Shown: positions 9,703 to 21,586 of the stretch, in pieces
Position numbering within the stretch: the stretch's first letter is position 1
How the letters are laid out: every line of letters starts with the position of its first letter
NCBI GenBank assembly: GCA_043816765.1
Contig: JBDRHN010000023.1
Coordinates: forward strand, 17,353-81,352
Reading direction: 5' to 3'
DNA: 64,000 nucleotides
Origin: a bacterium
GTDB taxonomy: Bacteria > Patescibacteriota > Patescibacteriia > JBDRHN01
Program-made: the position numbers and the translations under genes
The notes under the pieces: model-generated
Told to the model about the DNA's origin: nothing
Seen by the model: only the letters and a program-made list of their open reading frames with translations
Databases searched by the model: none

Positions 9703-10806
9703 TTAACCAATTATAACCTTTTGCGCCAAACTTTGAAAAAAATGAAACTTGGCGGTAATCAAAAAAATAATAATCGCAACTGCCGCCAAACTTTGAAAAA
9801 TAACAGCCGGATGTTGAATTTGAATTTTTATTAAAATATTTAAAATCAAAATCAATGCTAAAAAACCCAAACCAAAAAACATAAAATAATCAAAATATTT
9901 TAAAACGACGTTAATTAAACTAGACTTAAAATTCAAAGCAGATTGCTTTACTTCAACTTCTTTAACTTTTGGCTCAATCGGATAATTCTCCCCAAGATCA
10001 ATCTCCTCGCCCATAACTTCAATAGGCAAATTGTTTTCTTGATTTTCTTTCAAACCATCCAAGCCCGCAACCCCCCTTATTGGCGGGACTTCCCCCGTCG
10101 CGGGGACAGGTTCGGCGACGCCGCCGAACCTGCCCCCGCTTGTTTTCTTGATTTCTTGATTAACGTCCCGTTCCTTTCCAAACATCTCAACCATAACCAT
10201 AGTTTTCTTGCCATTCATCTCTCCAATTAAAACAGCTACTCCGATATCATTAAATTTTGGGTTGACAATATTTTTTTTATGAGTCGCGCTTGCCAAAAGA
10301 GCTAAATGCGCCACTTCGGCAGAAGTGAAATTCATTGCTAAATTCTCGCCGGCATTCGTATAGTCATATTCCTTTTTGTCAATCCACTGCCACGGTTTTT
10401 TGCCGTCTGACGTATCATGCGCGAAATATTGATTAAGTAACATATCTTGAGCTTTATCTTTTGCGGCCTTTTCTAAAATTGGGTTAACTTTCAAGGGGGG
10501 GACACCCTCTTCAATTCTTGTTTTATTGGCAAGCTCAATGATTTGATGATAAATATCTGTTGAAAGATAAACAAAATTAGGATATATAATAAACAAAAAC
10601 AGAGTTATAAAAACTTTAAACATAATTAAAAGAGCGACAATCGCGCTCAATGATTTTGAATGCAAAATTTTTGGGCAATAATCATTTTCGGCTGTGGGAA
10701 TTAACCCGTCTTTTGCCTTTTTTCTGATAGAATTGTTTAAAAATTTCGGTTTTTGAACACTTTTTTTCATAGATATAACTATAACAATTTTTTTGAATTT
10801 TGTCAA
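9703..10806 (-). CDS. membrane-anchored CAP (SCP/PR-1-like) domain protein carrying an in-frame GC-rich palindromic insertion
   Basis: N-terminal TM helix, CAP-like region (NQYFAHDT...GENLAMNF), Gly/Pro linker encoded by palindrome 10079-10142, C-terminal TM helices. Confidence 0.7.
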   Translation of the reverse strand: MTKFKKIVIVISMKKSVQKPKFLNNSIRKKAKDGLIPTAENDYCPKILHSKSLSAIVALLIMFKVFITLFLFIIYPNFVYLSTDIYHQIIELANKTRIEEGVPPLKVNPILEKAAKDKAQDMLLNQYFAHDTSDGKKPWQWIDKKEYDYTNAGENLAMNFTSAEVAHLALLASATHKKNIVNPKFNDIGVAVLIGEMNGKKTMVMVEMFGKERDVNQEIKKTSGGRFGGVAEPVPATGEVPPIRGVAGLDGLKENQENNLPIEVMGEEIDLGENYPIEPKVKEVEVKQSALNFKSSLINVVLKYFDYFMFFGLGFLALILILNILIKIQIQHPAVIFQSLAAVAIIIFLITAKFHFFQSLAQKVIIG

Positions 10807-10818
10807 ATTTTCAAAAAA

Positions 10819-12036
10819 TCAATACTGCTCCTCCCAATACTCCACCGTAATCACGGGCGAAAAATCGCTGCCGCCCAAAGTGTCAATAATAACAGAATCA
10901 TCATAACTTATATCCACGCCATTATATAATAACGCGAAATCAACACTTCTCGCTATTATGCCGCCATTTAAAGTAAAGTCGCTTGATAAATTTGTCAAAG
11001 ACAATTCATTTCCTGCATATATCACGCCATTTACAGAAATATCATTAACGCATCGCAAAAACTCTATATTGCTTTTTGAAAACATCCCCGCTGGATATTC
11101 ATCAATATGGTTGATATTTAAAGTGGCGCTATAATCAGGGCAAACTTGCCACCATTTCTTATCGCGCCCAACAGTTATTTTTCCGCTTGTCGCCAAAACC
11201 CCGTTTACTGTTAAATCATGATTGTCTTCTATAATAATATTGCCAGAGACATAAACTGCCCCATCAAACGTGACAGGACCCGAATCCAATAAAACGTTAA
11301 ATTCCGCTTTTGAATAATACTGTCCGAGCAATTGCGCTTGCGACTTGAATGAATCCGGATCAAAAGAATCAAAATCAACAGCCGGTATATCTAAATATTC
11401 AGGAGCGGGAGGATTCACATTTGCAGAATGCATTTCAGCGGCATTTATAGTTGAAAAACCCAAAATAAAAATATCATCCGCGGCTTGCGCCTTGTCCTGC
11501 GCGTCAACAACACTGGCAAGGGTTGCCACTATATCATCATTCGCAAAAATGCTTCCATTGTCAATATCAATATCCGCCGCCGCAACATCAATATCTTGAT
11601 CTGCCAAAATCGCGTTATTATCAATCGCGCTCTCCCCCAACGCTTTAAAAATTTTCGTTTTTATCACTCGCTTGGATTGCTTGTTTCCAAAAGACATCGC
11701 GCTTGCCGCGGTAACATCCGCTTTCGCAAGATCATAATTTTGTATTAAAATATCAAAACTTCCATTGGCGAACAATTCAGAACCACCGCTATAGCTTTGC
11801 GTCCAATTTGAATCTGTTTCAAAATTATTTTCCCATGCAGGATCGTTTTTTAATTTCCAAATAACATATTCAATCCCGGATTCCGCCATATAATACGTCT
11901 GCTGAGATATGGAATAACTGTCTGAAATCCGTTTTTCGCTTAACGTCGAAGTTAAAAAAAAACAACCCATTGTTATCAACAAAGAAGTAAAAAGAATAGC
12001 CGGGATAAGAGCGAAACCGCTGGAATATTTATTCAT
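10819..12036 (-). CDS. large secreted pilus-associated protein with pilin-like N-terminal hydrophobic segment
   Basis: MNKYSSGFALIPAILF.. prepilin-like leader lacking Glu5; Asp-rich beta-type repeats; heads pilin cluster. Confidence 0.55.
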   Translation of the reverse strand: MNKYSSGFALIPAILFTSLLITMGCFFLTSTLSEKRISDSYSISQQTYYMAESGIEYVIWKLKNDPAWENNFETDSNWTQSYSGGSELFANGSFDILIQNYDLAKADVTAASAMSFGNKQSKRVIKTKIFKALGESAIDNNAILADQDIDVAAADIDIDNGSIFANDDIVATLASVVDAQDKAQAADDIFILGFSTINAAEMHSANVNPPAPEYLDIPAVDFDSFDPDSFKSQAQLLGQYYSKAEFNVLLDSGPVTFDGAVYVSGNIIIEDNHDLTVNGVLATSGKITVGRDKKWWQVCPDYSATLNINHIDEYPAGMFSKSNIEFLRCVNDISVNGVIYAGNELSLTNLSSDFTLNGGIIARSVDFALLYNGVDISYDDSVIIDTLGGSDFSPVITVEYWEEQY

Positions 12037-12049
12037 AAAATTTTTTGAA

Positions 12050-12607
12050 TTACAGATTACGACCAGCAACTTTTGTTGTTATATAATTATTCTCCCCGTT
12101 TTTTGAAAAATTAGCCTCAATGTTTATAAGATTTGAAGTTCCAAAAAAAGAGAGTGAATTAATATATTCGCCGATCAAATTATCGCTGTCTATAATTTCT
12201 GTCGGTTCGCCGAATTCATCGACCGCATTCCAACGCACATAATTTTCTGGATCAGAACCAAAACAATAATGAAGCTCCTGTCTCATTAAATTGGCGCCGT
12301 CTGCATAATATTTTATATACATCACATTCAAAACATTGTGTCCGTTTTGGAACATAATTTCCGAAGGCGCTCCCAAGGCAATTTCCGGCAAAATTGTCGC
12401 CACTTCAAATGTCTGCTTAAGTTCTCTGGTAATTTTATCTGTAAAAACGCGCGCGTTTTGGATAAGTTCATACCGTGTTTGACTTTTTTGAAAAGTATAC
12501 TGGCATAAGATATAAATAGTCGCAATAAGCGAAAAAACCAGCAAAGACATATTCAAAATTATAATAATTTCGCTTAAAGTAAAACCTGACTGATTATTAT
12601 GAAACAT
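12050..12607 (-). CDS. type IV pilin-like protein (prepilin N-terminal methylation motif)
   Basis: MFHNNQSG/FTLSEIIIIL class III signal GFTLxE; start trimmed to 12607. Confidence 0.8.
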   Translation of the reverse strand: MFHNNQSGFTLSEIIIILNMSLLVFSLIATIYILCQYTFQKSQTRYELIQNARVFTDKITRELKQTFEVATILPEIALGAPSEIMFQNGHNVLNVMYIKYYADGANLMRQELHYCFGSDPENYVRWNAVDEFGEPTEIIDSDNLIGEYINSLSFFGTSNLINIEANFSKNGENNYITTKVAGRNL

Positions 12608-12648
12608 TGATATGGGAGTTAAATATTTAGGGCTTGAGAGAAAATAAG

Positions 12649-13074
12649 TCATCTTCGGCTTATCAATCTTTTCAATAAAAAACTTTTTTCCGTTCCGTCG
12701 TTCACATTCCAAAAAACGGTTGTTTCAATTTTTTTCATTCCTGTATCCGACACTTGTTCGGCAAGGTCTCCATCAACATAGGCTGTGATTGTTTCACGAT
12801 AAAAATTATATTTGCCGCCGAACGATCCTTGTTGCACTTTATGTTTTTCCTCTATGGTTCCAACATTTATCCCGTCATATCCAAAAGCTATTAATTCTTC
12901 CATTTTGTCTTGAGCGAGTGTTGCCGCGATTGTTTTATATTCGGAAAAACTGCTGATATTCATGCCAAAAGAAAACATATTTGCAATCGTCAAAATTCCA
13001 ACAGTAAAAAAAGTTATCGCGACAAGTATTTCAATTATAGAGAAACCAAATTCTATGGTTTTTTTATTTTTCAT
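12649..13074 (-). CDS. type IV pilin / pseudopilin
   Basis: MKNKKTIEFG/FSIIEILVAI prepilin motif. Confidence 0.8.
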   Translation of the reverse strand: MKNKKTIEFGFSIIEILVAITFFTVGILTIANMFSFGMNISSFSEYKTIAATLAQDKMEELIAFGYDGINVGTIEEKHKVQQGSFGGKYNFYRETITAYVDGDLAEQVSDTGMKKIETTVFWNVNDGTEKSFLLKRLISRR

Positions 13075-13075
13075 T

Positions 13076-13522
13076 TTAGTTATAACGTATGTATCCGGCT
13101 GGTTTTATTTCTATGGAAGACATAGCATTGGTTGACGTATTCACAAAAATAATTGTTCCAGATTCAATAGCGGCGCCGAAATAATTAAATCTAGCCTCAT
13201 TGTCAGTTAAGCCGTTGATTGAATAAAAATTTATTTCTGGGGGCAAAATTTTTTCTTTTATTATAGTTTCTGTTGATTCTTCAATTATACGATATTTATT
13301 TTCCTCCATTATAAATTGCGCGTAATAAAAAGTTTGTTCTGAAATTGTCTGTTGTTGGGCATTTCGCAAATCAGTTGTTATTTCTTTGACAACATTTGCC
13401 AAAACAATGTTTGATATTGATATTCTTATATAAGGCATAGTTATTGACGCGATCAACCCCAAAATTCCAATTGAAACCAAAAGTTCTATAAGAAGGCTGC
13501 CTTTTTGAAAATTTTTATACAT
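13076..13522 (-). CDS. type IV pilin / pseudopilin
   Basis: MYKNFQKG/SLLIELLVSIGILG prepilin-type N-terminus. Confidence 0.78.
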   Translation of the reverse strand: MYKNFQKGSLLIELLVSIGILGLIASITMPYIRISISNIVLANVVKEITTDLRNAQQQTISEQTFYYAQFIMEENKYRIIEESTETIIKEKILPPEINFYSINGLTDNEARFNYFGAAIESGTIIFVNTSTNAMSSIEIKPAGYIRYN

Positions 13523-13784
13523 ATACTCTGAAAAAAATTTTATTTTCTGATAATTTTAAATATTTTTTTAATAAAACTCATATAATTTATATTAGACTTG
13601 CCACGTAATTGGTTGCGCGACAAATCTATTATACCAAATTTTTGTTTAATCCGCAATCTTAAAAAATTTGCAAATTATTTTATTTATTGTAAAATATAAA
13701 AATATAATCTTTTAATTCTTATCATCTAGGTTCATAAAGACTTTATGCCTTTAAAATCTTTATGAACTTTTGACTAATTGTTCT

Positions 13785-14840
13785 ATGATCAACCACTTCA
13801 AACTTTACACAGTAGAAAGCGTCACCTCTGGACACCCTGACAAAATTTGCGATCAAATATCAGACGCCATCTTAGACGAATGCTTAACCCAAGACCCAAA
13901 AAGCCGAGTCGCGGCAGAATGCCTTGGGAGCCATGGTCTTTTGGTTATTGGCGGTGAAATAACCTCAATAGCAAAAGTTGACTTTGAACAAGTGGCAAAA
14001 AAAATATATGCAGACATCGGATATGATGATGATTTAAAAATAATTACACACATAACTCAACAATCCCCCGATATTGCGCAAGGCGTCAATACTGGCGGCG
14101 CCGGAGATCAAGGAATTATGTATGGTTATGCTACCGACGAAACTCCAGAATTTCTACAAAAAGGGGTTGTCCTTGTGCACAAATTAACAAAAGGACTGGA
14201 AGATCTACGAAAAAGCAAAGAGCTCCAATGGCTGCGACCCGATGGAAAAGCGCAAATTACGATAAACGAAAAAACTATTAATACCATTCTAGTCAGCACG
14301 CAACACGACGAAAAAGTTTCACAAACGGAAATACGCGAAGCTTTAATTGAAAAACTCATCGCTCCCCTTATTGATGATATGGCGGGAGTAAAAATTTTAA
14401 CAAACCCGACAGGAAAATTTGTCCAAGGGGGATTTGAGGCCGACGCAGGACTCACTGGGCGAAAAATTATGGTTGATACATACGGCGGGCTTATTCCTCA
14501 CGGCGGAGGATGCTTCTCTGGAAAAGACGCGACCAAGGTTGATCGTTCCGGCGCGTATATGGCGCGCTTTGCCGCCAAAAATATAGTAGCGGCAGGTTTT
14601 GCAAAAAAATGCTTGGTTTCTGTTGCTTACGCTATCGGCCAAGCAGAACCTGTTATGATAGAAGCTGTCAATGAAAAAGAAGAAGATATAAGCTCAATAG
14701 TTCAAGAAAAATTTGATTTCCGCCCCCTAGCTATTATTGAACGTTTAGGTCTGCGACGTCCAATCTATAAACAGACCGCCGCTTACGGACACCTTGGAAA
14801 GGCTGGGTTGCCATGGGAAGAGATTATTAAAAATTTTTAA
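13785..14840 (+). CDS. metK: S-adenosylmethionine synthetase (short form)
   Basis: ESVTSGHPDKICDQISDAILD and GGGCFSGKD motifs; start moved to ATG 13785. Confidence 0.88.
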   Translation: MINHFKLYTVESVTSGHPDKICDQISDAILDECLTQDPKSRVAAECLGSHGLLVIGGEITSIAKVDFEQVAKKIYADIGYDDDLKIITHITQQSPDIAQGVNTGGAGDQGIMYGYATDETPEFLQKGVVLVHKLTKGLEDLRKSKELQWLRPDGKAQITINEKTINTILVSTQHDEKVSQTEIREALIEKLIAPLIDDMAGVKILTNPTGKFVQGGFEADAGLTGRKIMVDTYGGLIPHGGGCFSGKDATKVDRSGAYMARFAAKNIVAAGFAKKCLVSVAYAIGQAEPVMIEAVNEKEEDISSIVQEKFDFRPLAIIERLGLRRPIYKQTAAYGHLGKAGLPWEEIIKNF

Positions 14841-14897
14841 AATAAAAACGTAGAGACACGCCATTGGCGTGTCTCTACGTTTTTATTTTAAATATTC

Positions 14898-16763
<1,866 letters not shown>

Positions 16764-16807
16764 TTATTAAAGTCCTAGCGGAAATTTTAGAATAGAACCA
16801 CTTTCAA

Positions 16808-16836
16808 CTTAGACGAGGCAGTGCCTCGTCTCTACA
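16808..16836. repeat. 29-bp palindrome family A (GTAGAGACGAGGCA[C/G]TGCCTCGTCTCTAC), copy in groES-groEL spacer
   Basis: TTAGACGAGGCAGTGCCTCGTCTCTACA. Confidence 0.8.
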
Positions 16837-16849
16837 TTCAATCATCGCG

Positions 16850-17140
16850 CTATTCCAATATCGCCAATATATCCCCCTCTTCCAACACAAGCACTTTTTC
16901 CCCTTCAACCTTAATCTCATCCGGAGAATATTTTTTAAATAAAACTTTATCGCCGACTTTTACAGACATCTGCGCGCGCTCCCCGTTTTCTAAAAGTTTA
17001 CCCGACCCAACAGCAATAATTTCACCCTGCTCAGGCTTTTCGCCCTCAACAGTATCAGGTAAAATAATTCCTGATTTTGTCTGTTCGGTTTTGGCGATCG
17101 GTTTGATAATCACGCGATCGCCCAGTGGTTTAATTTTCAT
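16850..17140 (-). CDS. groS: co-chaperonin GroES
   Basis: MKIKPLGDRVIIKP... 96 aa. Confidence 0.96.
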   Translation of the reverse strand: MKIKPLGDRVIIKPIAKTEQTKSGIILPDTVEGEKPEQGEIIAVGSGKLLENGERAQMSVKVGDKVLFKKYSPDEIKVEGEKVLVLEEGDILAILE

Positions 17141-17272
17141 AATTTTGATTAGCTTTTGCGAATTGTTGCCGTTTTTATAAATTGAGATTACACAAAATTA
17201 TCACTTTTGTCATTCCGACCGAAACTGAAAAATTAAACAACTTTTCGCTAAAGTATAAATTATTAATTAGTT

Positions 17273-17299
17273 CTGGCACTCTAACTCAAAGAGTGCTAA
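17273..17299 (-). promoter_or_regulatory. CIRCE-like HrcA operator upstream of groES
   Basis: CTGGCACTC-N9-GAGTGCTAA matches TTAGCACTC-N9-GAGTGCTAA at 16/18, about 135 nt upstream of groES ATG. Confidence 0.7.
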
Positions 17300-17636
17300 T
17301 TATGAGATCATTTTAGTATAACTAAAATTTATTGTCAAGGAGCAACAGTAACTGCTCACTGACCCCCCCCATAAAAGTATAAGATTTCAAGAATAATTGT
17401 GTATTAAATTTCTTTTGACCACAATATATTGATTAGGTTACGGCGAATAAAAGCATAAATGGGGGGTCGGTGGGCAGTTACGAGCAACACTTTCTAATTG
17501 CGCCTTGCAAAACCCATCCATTTCAATTATAATAATTTTAAATTAAACTTTTAAACGACTAGAGCTTTCGCGTTTGCAGAACTCAGTGTCATTCCTATTG
17601 GAATGCCAAAACGCGAAAATCCTACAAACAACTACA

Positions 17637-19616
17637 ATGAAAAATCTACTCAAAAATATCCTTATAATCGTTCTTGTTTTCTTGATAATCGCAAGCGTTT
17701 TTAGCTTGTATAACGACAAAGAAACCGAACGGACAGAAGTTGGAATCGCGACAATCGCTGAAAAAGTTGAAAATGAAGAGGTGAAAAAAATCGCTGTTGT
17801 TGGCAACAAAATTGAAGTTGACTTAAAAAACGGTGAAGAATTAGTCAGTCAAAAAGAACCAAACGAATCATTCAGCCAAGCTATGGCAAATTATGGAGTT
17901 GACACTCAAAAATCAAGACAAATTCCTACCGACATCAAAGAAGAGACAGGAGCCGCTTTTTGGCTCGGCACAATGCTCCCTGTATTTCTGCCAATAATTT
18001 TTATATTCCTGCTGTTTTGGTTCGTTATGCGCGGAGTCCAAGGGGCGAATAACAGAGCCATTTCTTTTGGACACACGACAGCAAAAGAAAACAAGACGGA
18101 AAAAGATAAAAAACCTGAAGTAACTTTTAAAGATGTGGCAGGTGTAAAAGAGGCAAAAGCAGAACTTGAAGAGGTTGTTGAATTTTTAAAAACTCCTAAA
18201 AAGTTTTCTGACATGGGCGCTAAAATACCAAAAGGGGTTCTTTTGGTCGGCCCTCCCGGAACAGGTAAAACATTGCTTGCAAAAGCGGTTTCAGGAGAAG
18301 CGCAAGTTCCATTTTTTCATATATCGGGTTCGGAATTTGTGGAAATGTTTGTAGGTGTCGGGGCATCGCGCGCTCGCGACTTGTTTAAAAAAGCGAAAAA
18401 GAACGCGCCTTGTATTGTTTTCATTGACGAAATGGACGCCGTCGGACGACGGCGAGGAGCCGGACTTGGCGGCGGTCACGATGAGCGAGAGCAGACTCTT
18501 AACCAAATCTTGGTTGAAATGGACGGCTTTGAATTAAATTCCGGCGTCATAGTTTTGGCCGCGACCAACAGACCGGATGTTTTAGACCCGGCGCTTTTGC
18601 GTCCGGGAAGATTTGACCGCCAAGTAGTTCTTGACAATCCCGATATTAATGACAGAGAAAAAATTCTAGAAATTCACGCCAGAAAAAAACCTTTAGGCAA
18701 AGATGTTTCATTGCGTCAAATAGCCGAACGAACGCCCGGATTTTCCGGAGCTGACTTGGCTAACTTGCTAAACGAATCAGCAATACTGGCAACCAGAAGA
18801 AATAAAAAAGAGGTTGCCCAAGATGAGATTCTAGAAAGTATAGACAAAGTTCTGCTTGGACCACAAAGAAAAAGCCATATTCTTTCTGATAAAGAGAAAA
18901 AAATCACAGCCTGCCATGAAGCAGGTCATGCTCTTGTTTCTCACATATTGCCAAACGCCGACCCTGTGCATAAAGTTTCTATCATCTCGCGCGGACAAGC
19001 GGCTGGTTTTACAATGAATCTTCCGACAACAGATAAATATATGCACACAAAAACGGAATTCATAGATAATTTGGCTGTTCTTTTGGCTGGACACACAGCA
19101 GAACAAGAAACTTTTAACGATGTTACAACGGGCGCGTCAAACGATTTGAAAAGAGCGACGCAATTGGCAAGAAACTTGATTACGCAATGGGGAATGAGCG
19201 AAAAACTTGCGCCGCGAACTTATGGCGAGCAGGGTGATATGGTGTTTTTAGGAAAATCAATTCATGAACAGCGCGATTACAGTGAAAAAATCGCTGAAGA
19301 AATTGACACCGAAATCGCTGAGTTAATTATGCAAGCTGTAAATACCGCTAAAAAAATTATTCATGAAAATAAAGATACCCTTAAAAAAATAGCCGAGGAA
19401 CTTTTAAAGCACGAAACTTTGGAAAAAGAACACTTTGAAGCGATTTTTGATCCTGAAAAATTAAAGGCGTTTGAAGAGAAGCTGAAAAAAGCTGAAGAAG
19501 AAAAAAAGAAACAGGCGGAACTGGAAGCGAAAATTGCTTTGGAAAAAGAGGCGAAAGAAAAATTGGATGCGGCGAAGGATGGGGCGAAGGTTAAGAAAGG
19601 GAAAGAGGACATATGA
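17637..19616 (+). CDS. ftsH: ATP-dependent zinc metalloprotease FtsH with charged coiled C-terminal tail
   Basis: Walker [18 protein letters not shown] zinc motif; N-terminal TM; start at ATG 17637. Confidence 0.96.
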   Translation: MKNLLKNILIIVLVFLIIASVFSLYNDKETERTEVGIATIAEKVENEEVKKIAVVGNKIEVDLKNGEELVSQKEPNESFSQAMANYGVDTQKSRQIPTDIKEETGAAFWLGTMLPVFLPIIFIFLLFWFVMRGVQGANNRAISFGHTTAKENKTEKDKKPEVTFKDVAGVKEAKAELEEVVEFLKTPKKFSDMGAKIPKGVLLVGPPGTGKTLLAKAVSGEAQVPFFHISGSEFVEMFVGVGASRARDLFKKAKKNAPCIVFIDEMDAVGRRRGAGLGGGHDEREQTLNQILVEMDGFELNSGVIVLAATNRPDVLDPALLRPGRFDRQVVLDNPDINDREKILEIHARKKPLGKDVSLRQIAERTPGFSGADLANLLNESAILATRRNKKEVAQDEILESIDKVLLGPQRKSHILSDKEKKITACHEAGHALVSHILPNADPVHKVSIISRGQAAGFTMNLPTTDKYMHTKTEFIDNLAVLLAGHTAEQETFNDVTTGASNDLKRATQLARNLITQWGMSEKLAPRTYGEQGDMVFLGKSIHEQRDYSEKIAEEIDTEIAELIMQAVNTAKKIIHENKDTLKKIAEELLKHETLEKEHFEAIFDPEKLKAFEEKLKKAEEEKKKQAELEAKIALEKEAKEKLDAAKDGAKVKKGKEDI

Positions 19617-19654
19617 AAACCACATAAACGCGCCAACAACACCCCCAATAAAAA

Positions 19655-19692
19655 ACTTAGCTCAAATTTAAAAGCTAAGTTTTTTTATTTTT
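19655..19692 (+). terminator. Rho-independent terminator after ftsH (possibly bidirectional)
   Basis: ACTTAGCT-loop-AGCTAAGT hairpin followed by T8. Confidence 0.65.
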
Positions 19693-19712
19693 ATCTTTTT
19701 GTTGTTTTTACC

Positions 19713-20138
19713 TTAAACCGCGCCAGCCAATCTTTCTAGTCTTATAACTCTTTTTTCTATCCTCTCAACTTCTTCAACATCTACCTTGCGGCGAAGCATA
19801 CTTTTAACCTCAGTTAAATCATCTTTAATTACTTCTTGTCCTTTTTCAAGATTAGCTTGTCCTTTTCCGAGATTAATTATTTTATCTTTAATTGTTTCTT
19901 GTCCGCTTTCAAGATTAATTATTTTATCTTTAATCACCGCTTGCCCATCTTCAAGATTCGCCTGCCCCTTTTTAAGACCAACTATTTCTATTTTTATTGT
20001 ATCTATGATTTCACTCTGTTTTTTTTGTTCAATAGCGACAACTTCAGTAAAATCACGGTTCATTTTAATACCCTCGCAAACTATATCTAACTTACTTCGA
20101 AAATCTTCAATTAAAGCTCCTATTTTATAATCCTCCAT
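19713..20138 (-). CDS. hypothetical coiled-coil protein with four tandem 11-aa repeats
   Basis: GQANLEDGQAVIKDKIINLESGQETIKDKIINLGKGQANLEKGQEVIKDD; 33-nt DNA repeats 19830-19990. Confidence 0.6.
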   Translation of the reverse strand: MEDYKIGALIEDFRSKLDIVCEGIKMNRDFTEVVAIEQKKQSEIIDTIKIEIVGLKKGQANLEDGQAVIKDKIINLESGQETIKDKIINLGKGQANLEKGQEVIKDDLTEVKSMLRRKVDVEEVERIEKRVIRLERLAGAV

Positions 20139-20195
20139 AAAATTTTTATTAAGTTAATTATGTTTTTATTGTATTATAACAATCTAATGATGTCA

Positions 20196-20339
20196 ATTTT
20201 TTTCATCCTCCTTGCCGTCAATAATATTATCTAAAAATTTAATCGCGTCGTCTGCATTATCAAAAGAGTAATAATCGCCATTTTTTCTTTCTTCTTCTGA
20301 TTCTTTTAAAATTTTAATCAAATAATCTGTTGGTTCCAT
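20196..20339 (-). CDS. possible small acidic protein (48 aa)
   Basis: ATG..TGA ORF MEPTDYLIKILKESEEERKNGDYYSFDNADDAIKFLDNIIDGKEDEKN, same strand and upstream of repeat protein; below 60-aa track cutoff. Confidence 0.25.
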
Positions 20340-20377
20340 ATAACAATTTTTAAATTAAGTAAAATAGATTATTTCAC

Positions 20378-21511
20378 TCAAGTCAAAATCTCCCCCAACC
20401 TCCCGCTTTCAATCCCCTCTTTTATTTCCATTCCAATCCTCTGGCCATAACTGATTGAACTTCCATGCAAATAAGAAGTATATGGGGTGAAAATTGTTCC
20501 GGGAGAACCGGGGATTCGCATGCTAATGTCAAATATTACAATCTCTTCTTTTCCGTCTTGCGCCGCCACGGCACCCTGCAAAGCAAACGGACCAATAATT
20601 CCCGGCGCGCATTCTTGTTTTGAAACTTTAATAAACTTTTCTCCCAGTTCATACATCTTTTCAATAATAGACTCTTTAGTCGTGCACGCTATGTGTCCGG
20701 TTTCGATAAGTGTCGGTTTTACTTTCCCAGAATTTAAAAGTTCAGCCTGAATATCTGCTGGCAAGCGAAGCAAACCGTCAAGATTTGTCTGTCTACGAGT
20801 ATCTGTTCCCATTAATTCAAGCTCATCATTTAAGTTTGAATAGAAGAAGTTTAAATTCAACTGCGCGCCAATGATGTATTCTTCAATAACAGCTTTTAAT
20901 AAACTTTCATCATTAATTTTTCCTGATCTAATCAAATCCCCAGATACTGTTCTATAAGAATCAAAATCAGTGGCAAAGAAAAAAGAACGTTCATAACTTC
21001 GCTCTAATTCATTAACTTTTACAATCACCAGACGATCAATTTTTTTGGGATCATTAAAAATCTTAGGCATCCTGATCTTTGCTTTCTGCATTAAATAATA
21101 TTGATTCTTAGGAACATCACGCTCTTCAAGTTTCAACATTGAACGAGTTCCGTAAATCGGAACTAAAAAATCATTTTCAATTTTTTTAAAATCAAAATAA
21201 ACCCAAAAATAACGGTTGTGAATAAAAATTGTGTTCTTTTTAATTAGTTTATTTTGAACCTCTTTTTTTGTAATATCGCTGAATTTATCCAAAATTATAG
21301 TCTCATCAACGCAACCTTTCCCGTTTCGAGTTTTGTAATATTTATCATAAGTTTTCTCTCTCCCCTTTTGACAAACAACCAAAGTTTTAAACCCCAATTT
21401 TTTCGCCCCATTACAAACATCCAAAGCCGAGTGCCCACCCAAAACGCCAATGGTTATATTGTTGGCATCGTAATTTTTGATAATGTCTTTGATTTTATTT
21501 TGTGTTATCAT
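20378..21511 (-). CDS. PurP-like ATP-grasp (FAICAR synthetase family paralog, divergent)
   Basis: ITIGVLGGHSALDVCNGAKKLGFKTLVV and C-terminal PurP-like region; ORF-track N-terminus (MGWRRGSASSLQ) is translated palindrome, trimmed. Confidence 0.75.
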   Translation of the reverse strand: MITQNKIKDIIKNYDANNITIGVLGGHSALDVCNGAKKLGFKTLVVCQKGREKTYDKYYKTRNGKGCVDETIILDKFSDITKKEVQNKLIKKNTIFIHNRYFWVYFDFKKIENDFLVPIYGTRSMLKLEERDVPKNQYYLMQKAKIRMPKIFNDPKKIDRLVIVKVNELERSYERSFFFATDFDSYRTVSGDLIRSGKINDESLLKAVIEEYIIGAQLNLNFFYSNLNDELELMGTDTRRQTNLDGLLRLPADIQAELLNSGKVKPTLIETGHIACTTKESIIEKMYELGEKFIKVSKQECAPGIIGPFALQGAVAAQDGKEEIVIFDISMRIPGSPGTIFTPYTSYLHGSSISYGQRIGMEIKEGIESGRLGEILT

Positions 21512-21525
21512 AAAGTTAGTGTTTT

Positions 21526-21584
21526 GTAGAGACGAGGCACTGCCTCGTCTCCAGCCCAAGACGCGGCAGTGCCTCGTCTCTACA
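21526..21584. repeat. family A palindrome, two adjacent copies between the purP paralogs
   Basis: GTAGAGACGAGGCACTGCCTCGTCTC and AAGACGCGGCAGTGCCTCGTCTCTACA. Confidence 0.85.
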
Positions 21585-21586
21585 AA

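Noticed and set aside
19361-19648. Ser/Phe-rich 95-aa minus-strand ORF
   Set aside because: Antisense to the Lys/Glu-rich ftsH C-terminal tail (complement of GAA/AAA codons), a low-complexity artefact. Same reasoning applies to 40546..40959 (antisense to the rpsF tail) and 5493..5723 (antisense to rplW).
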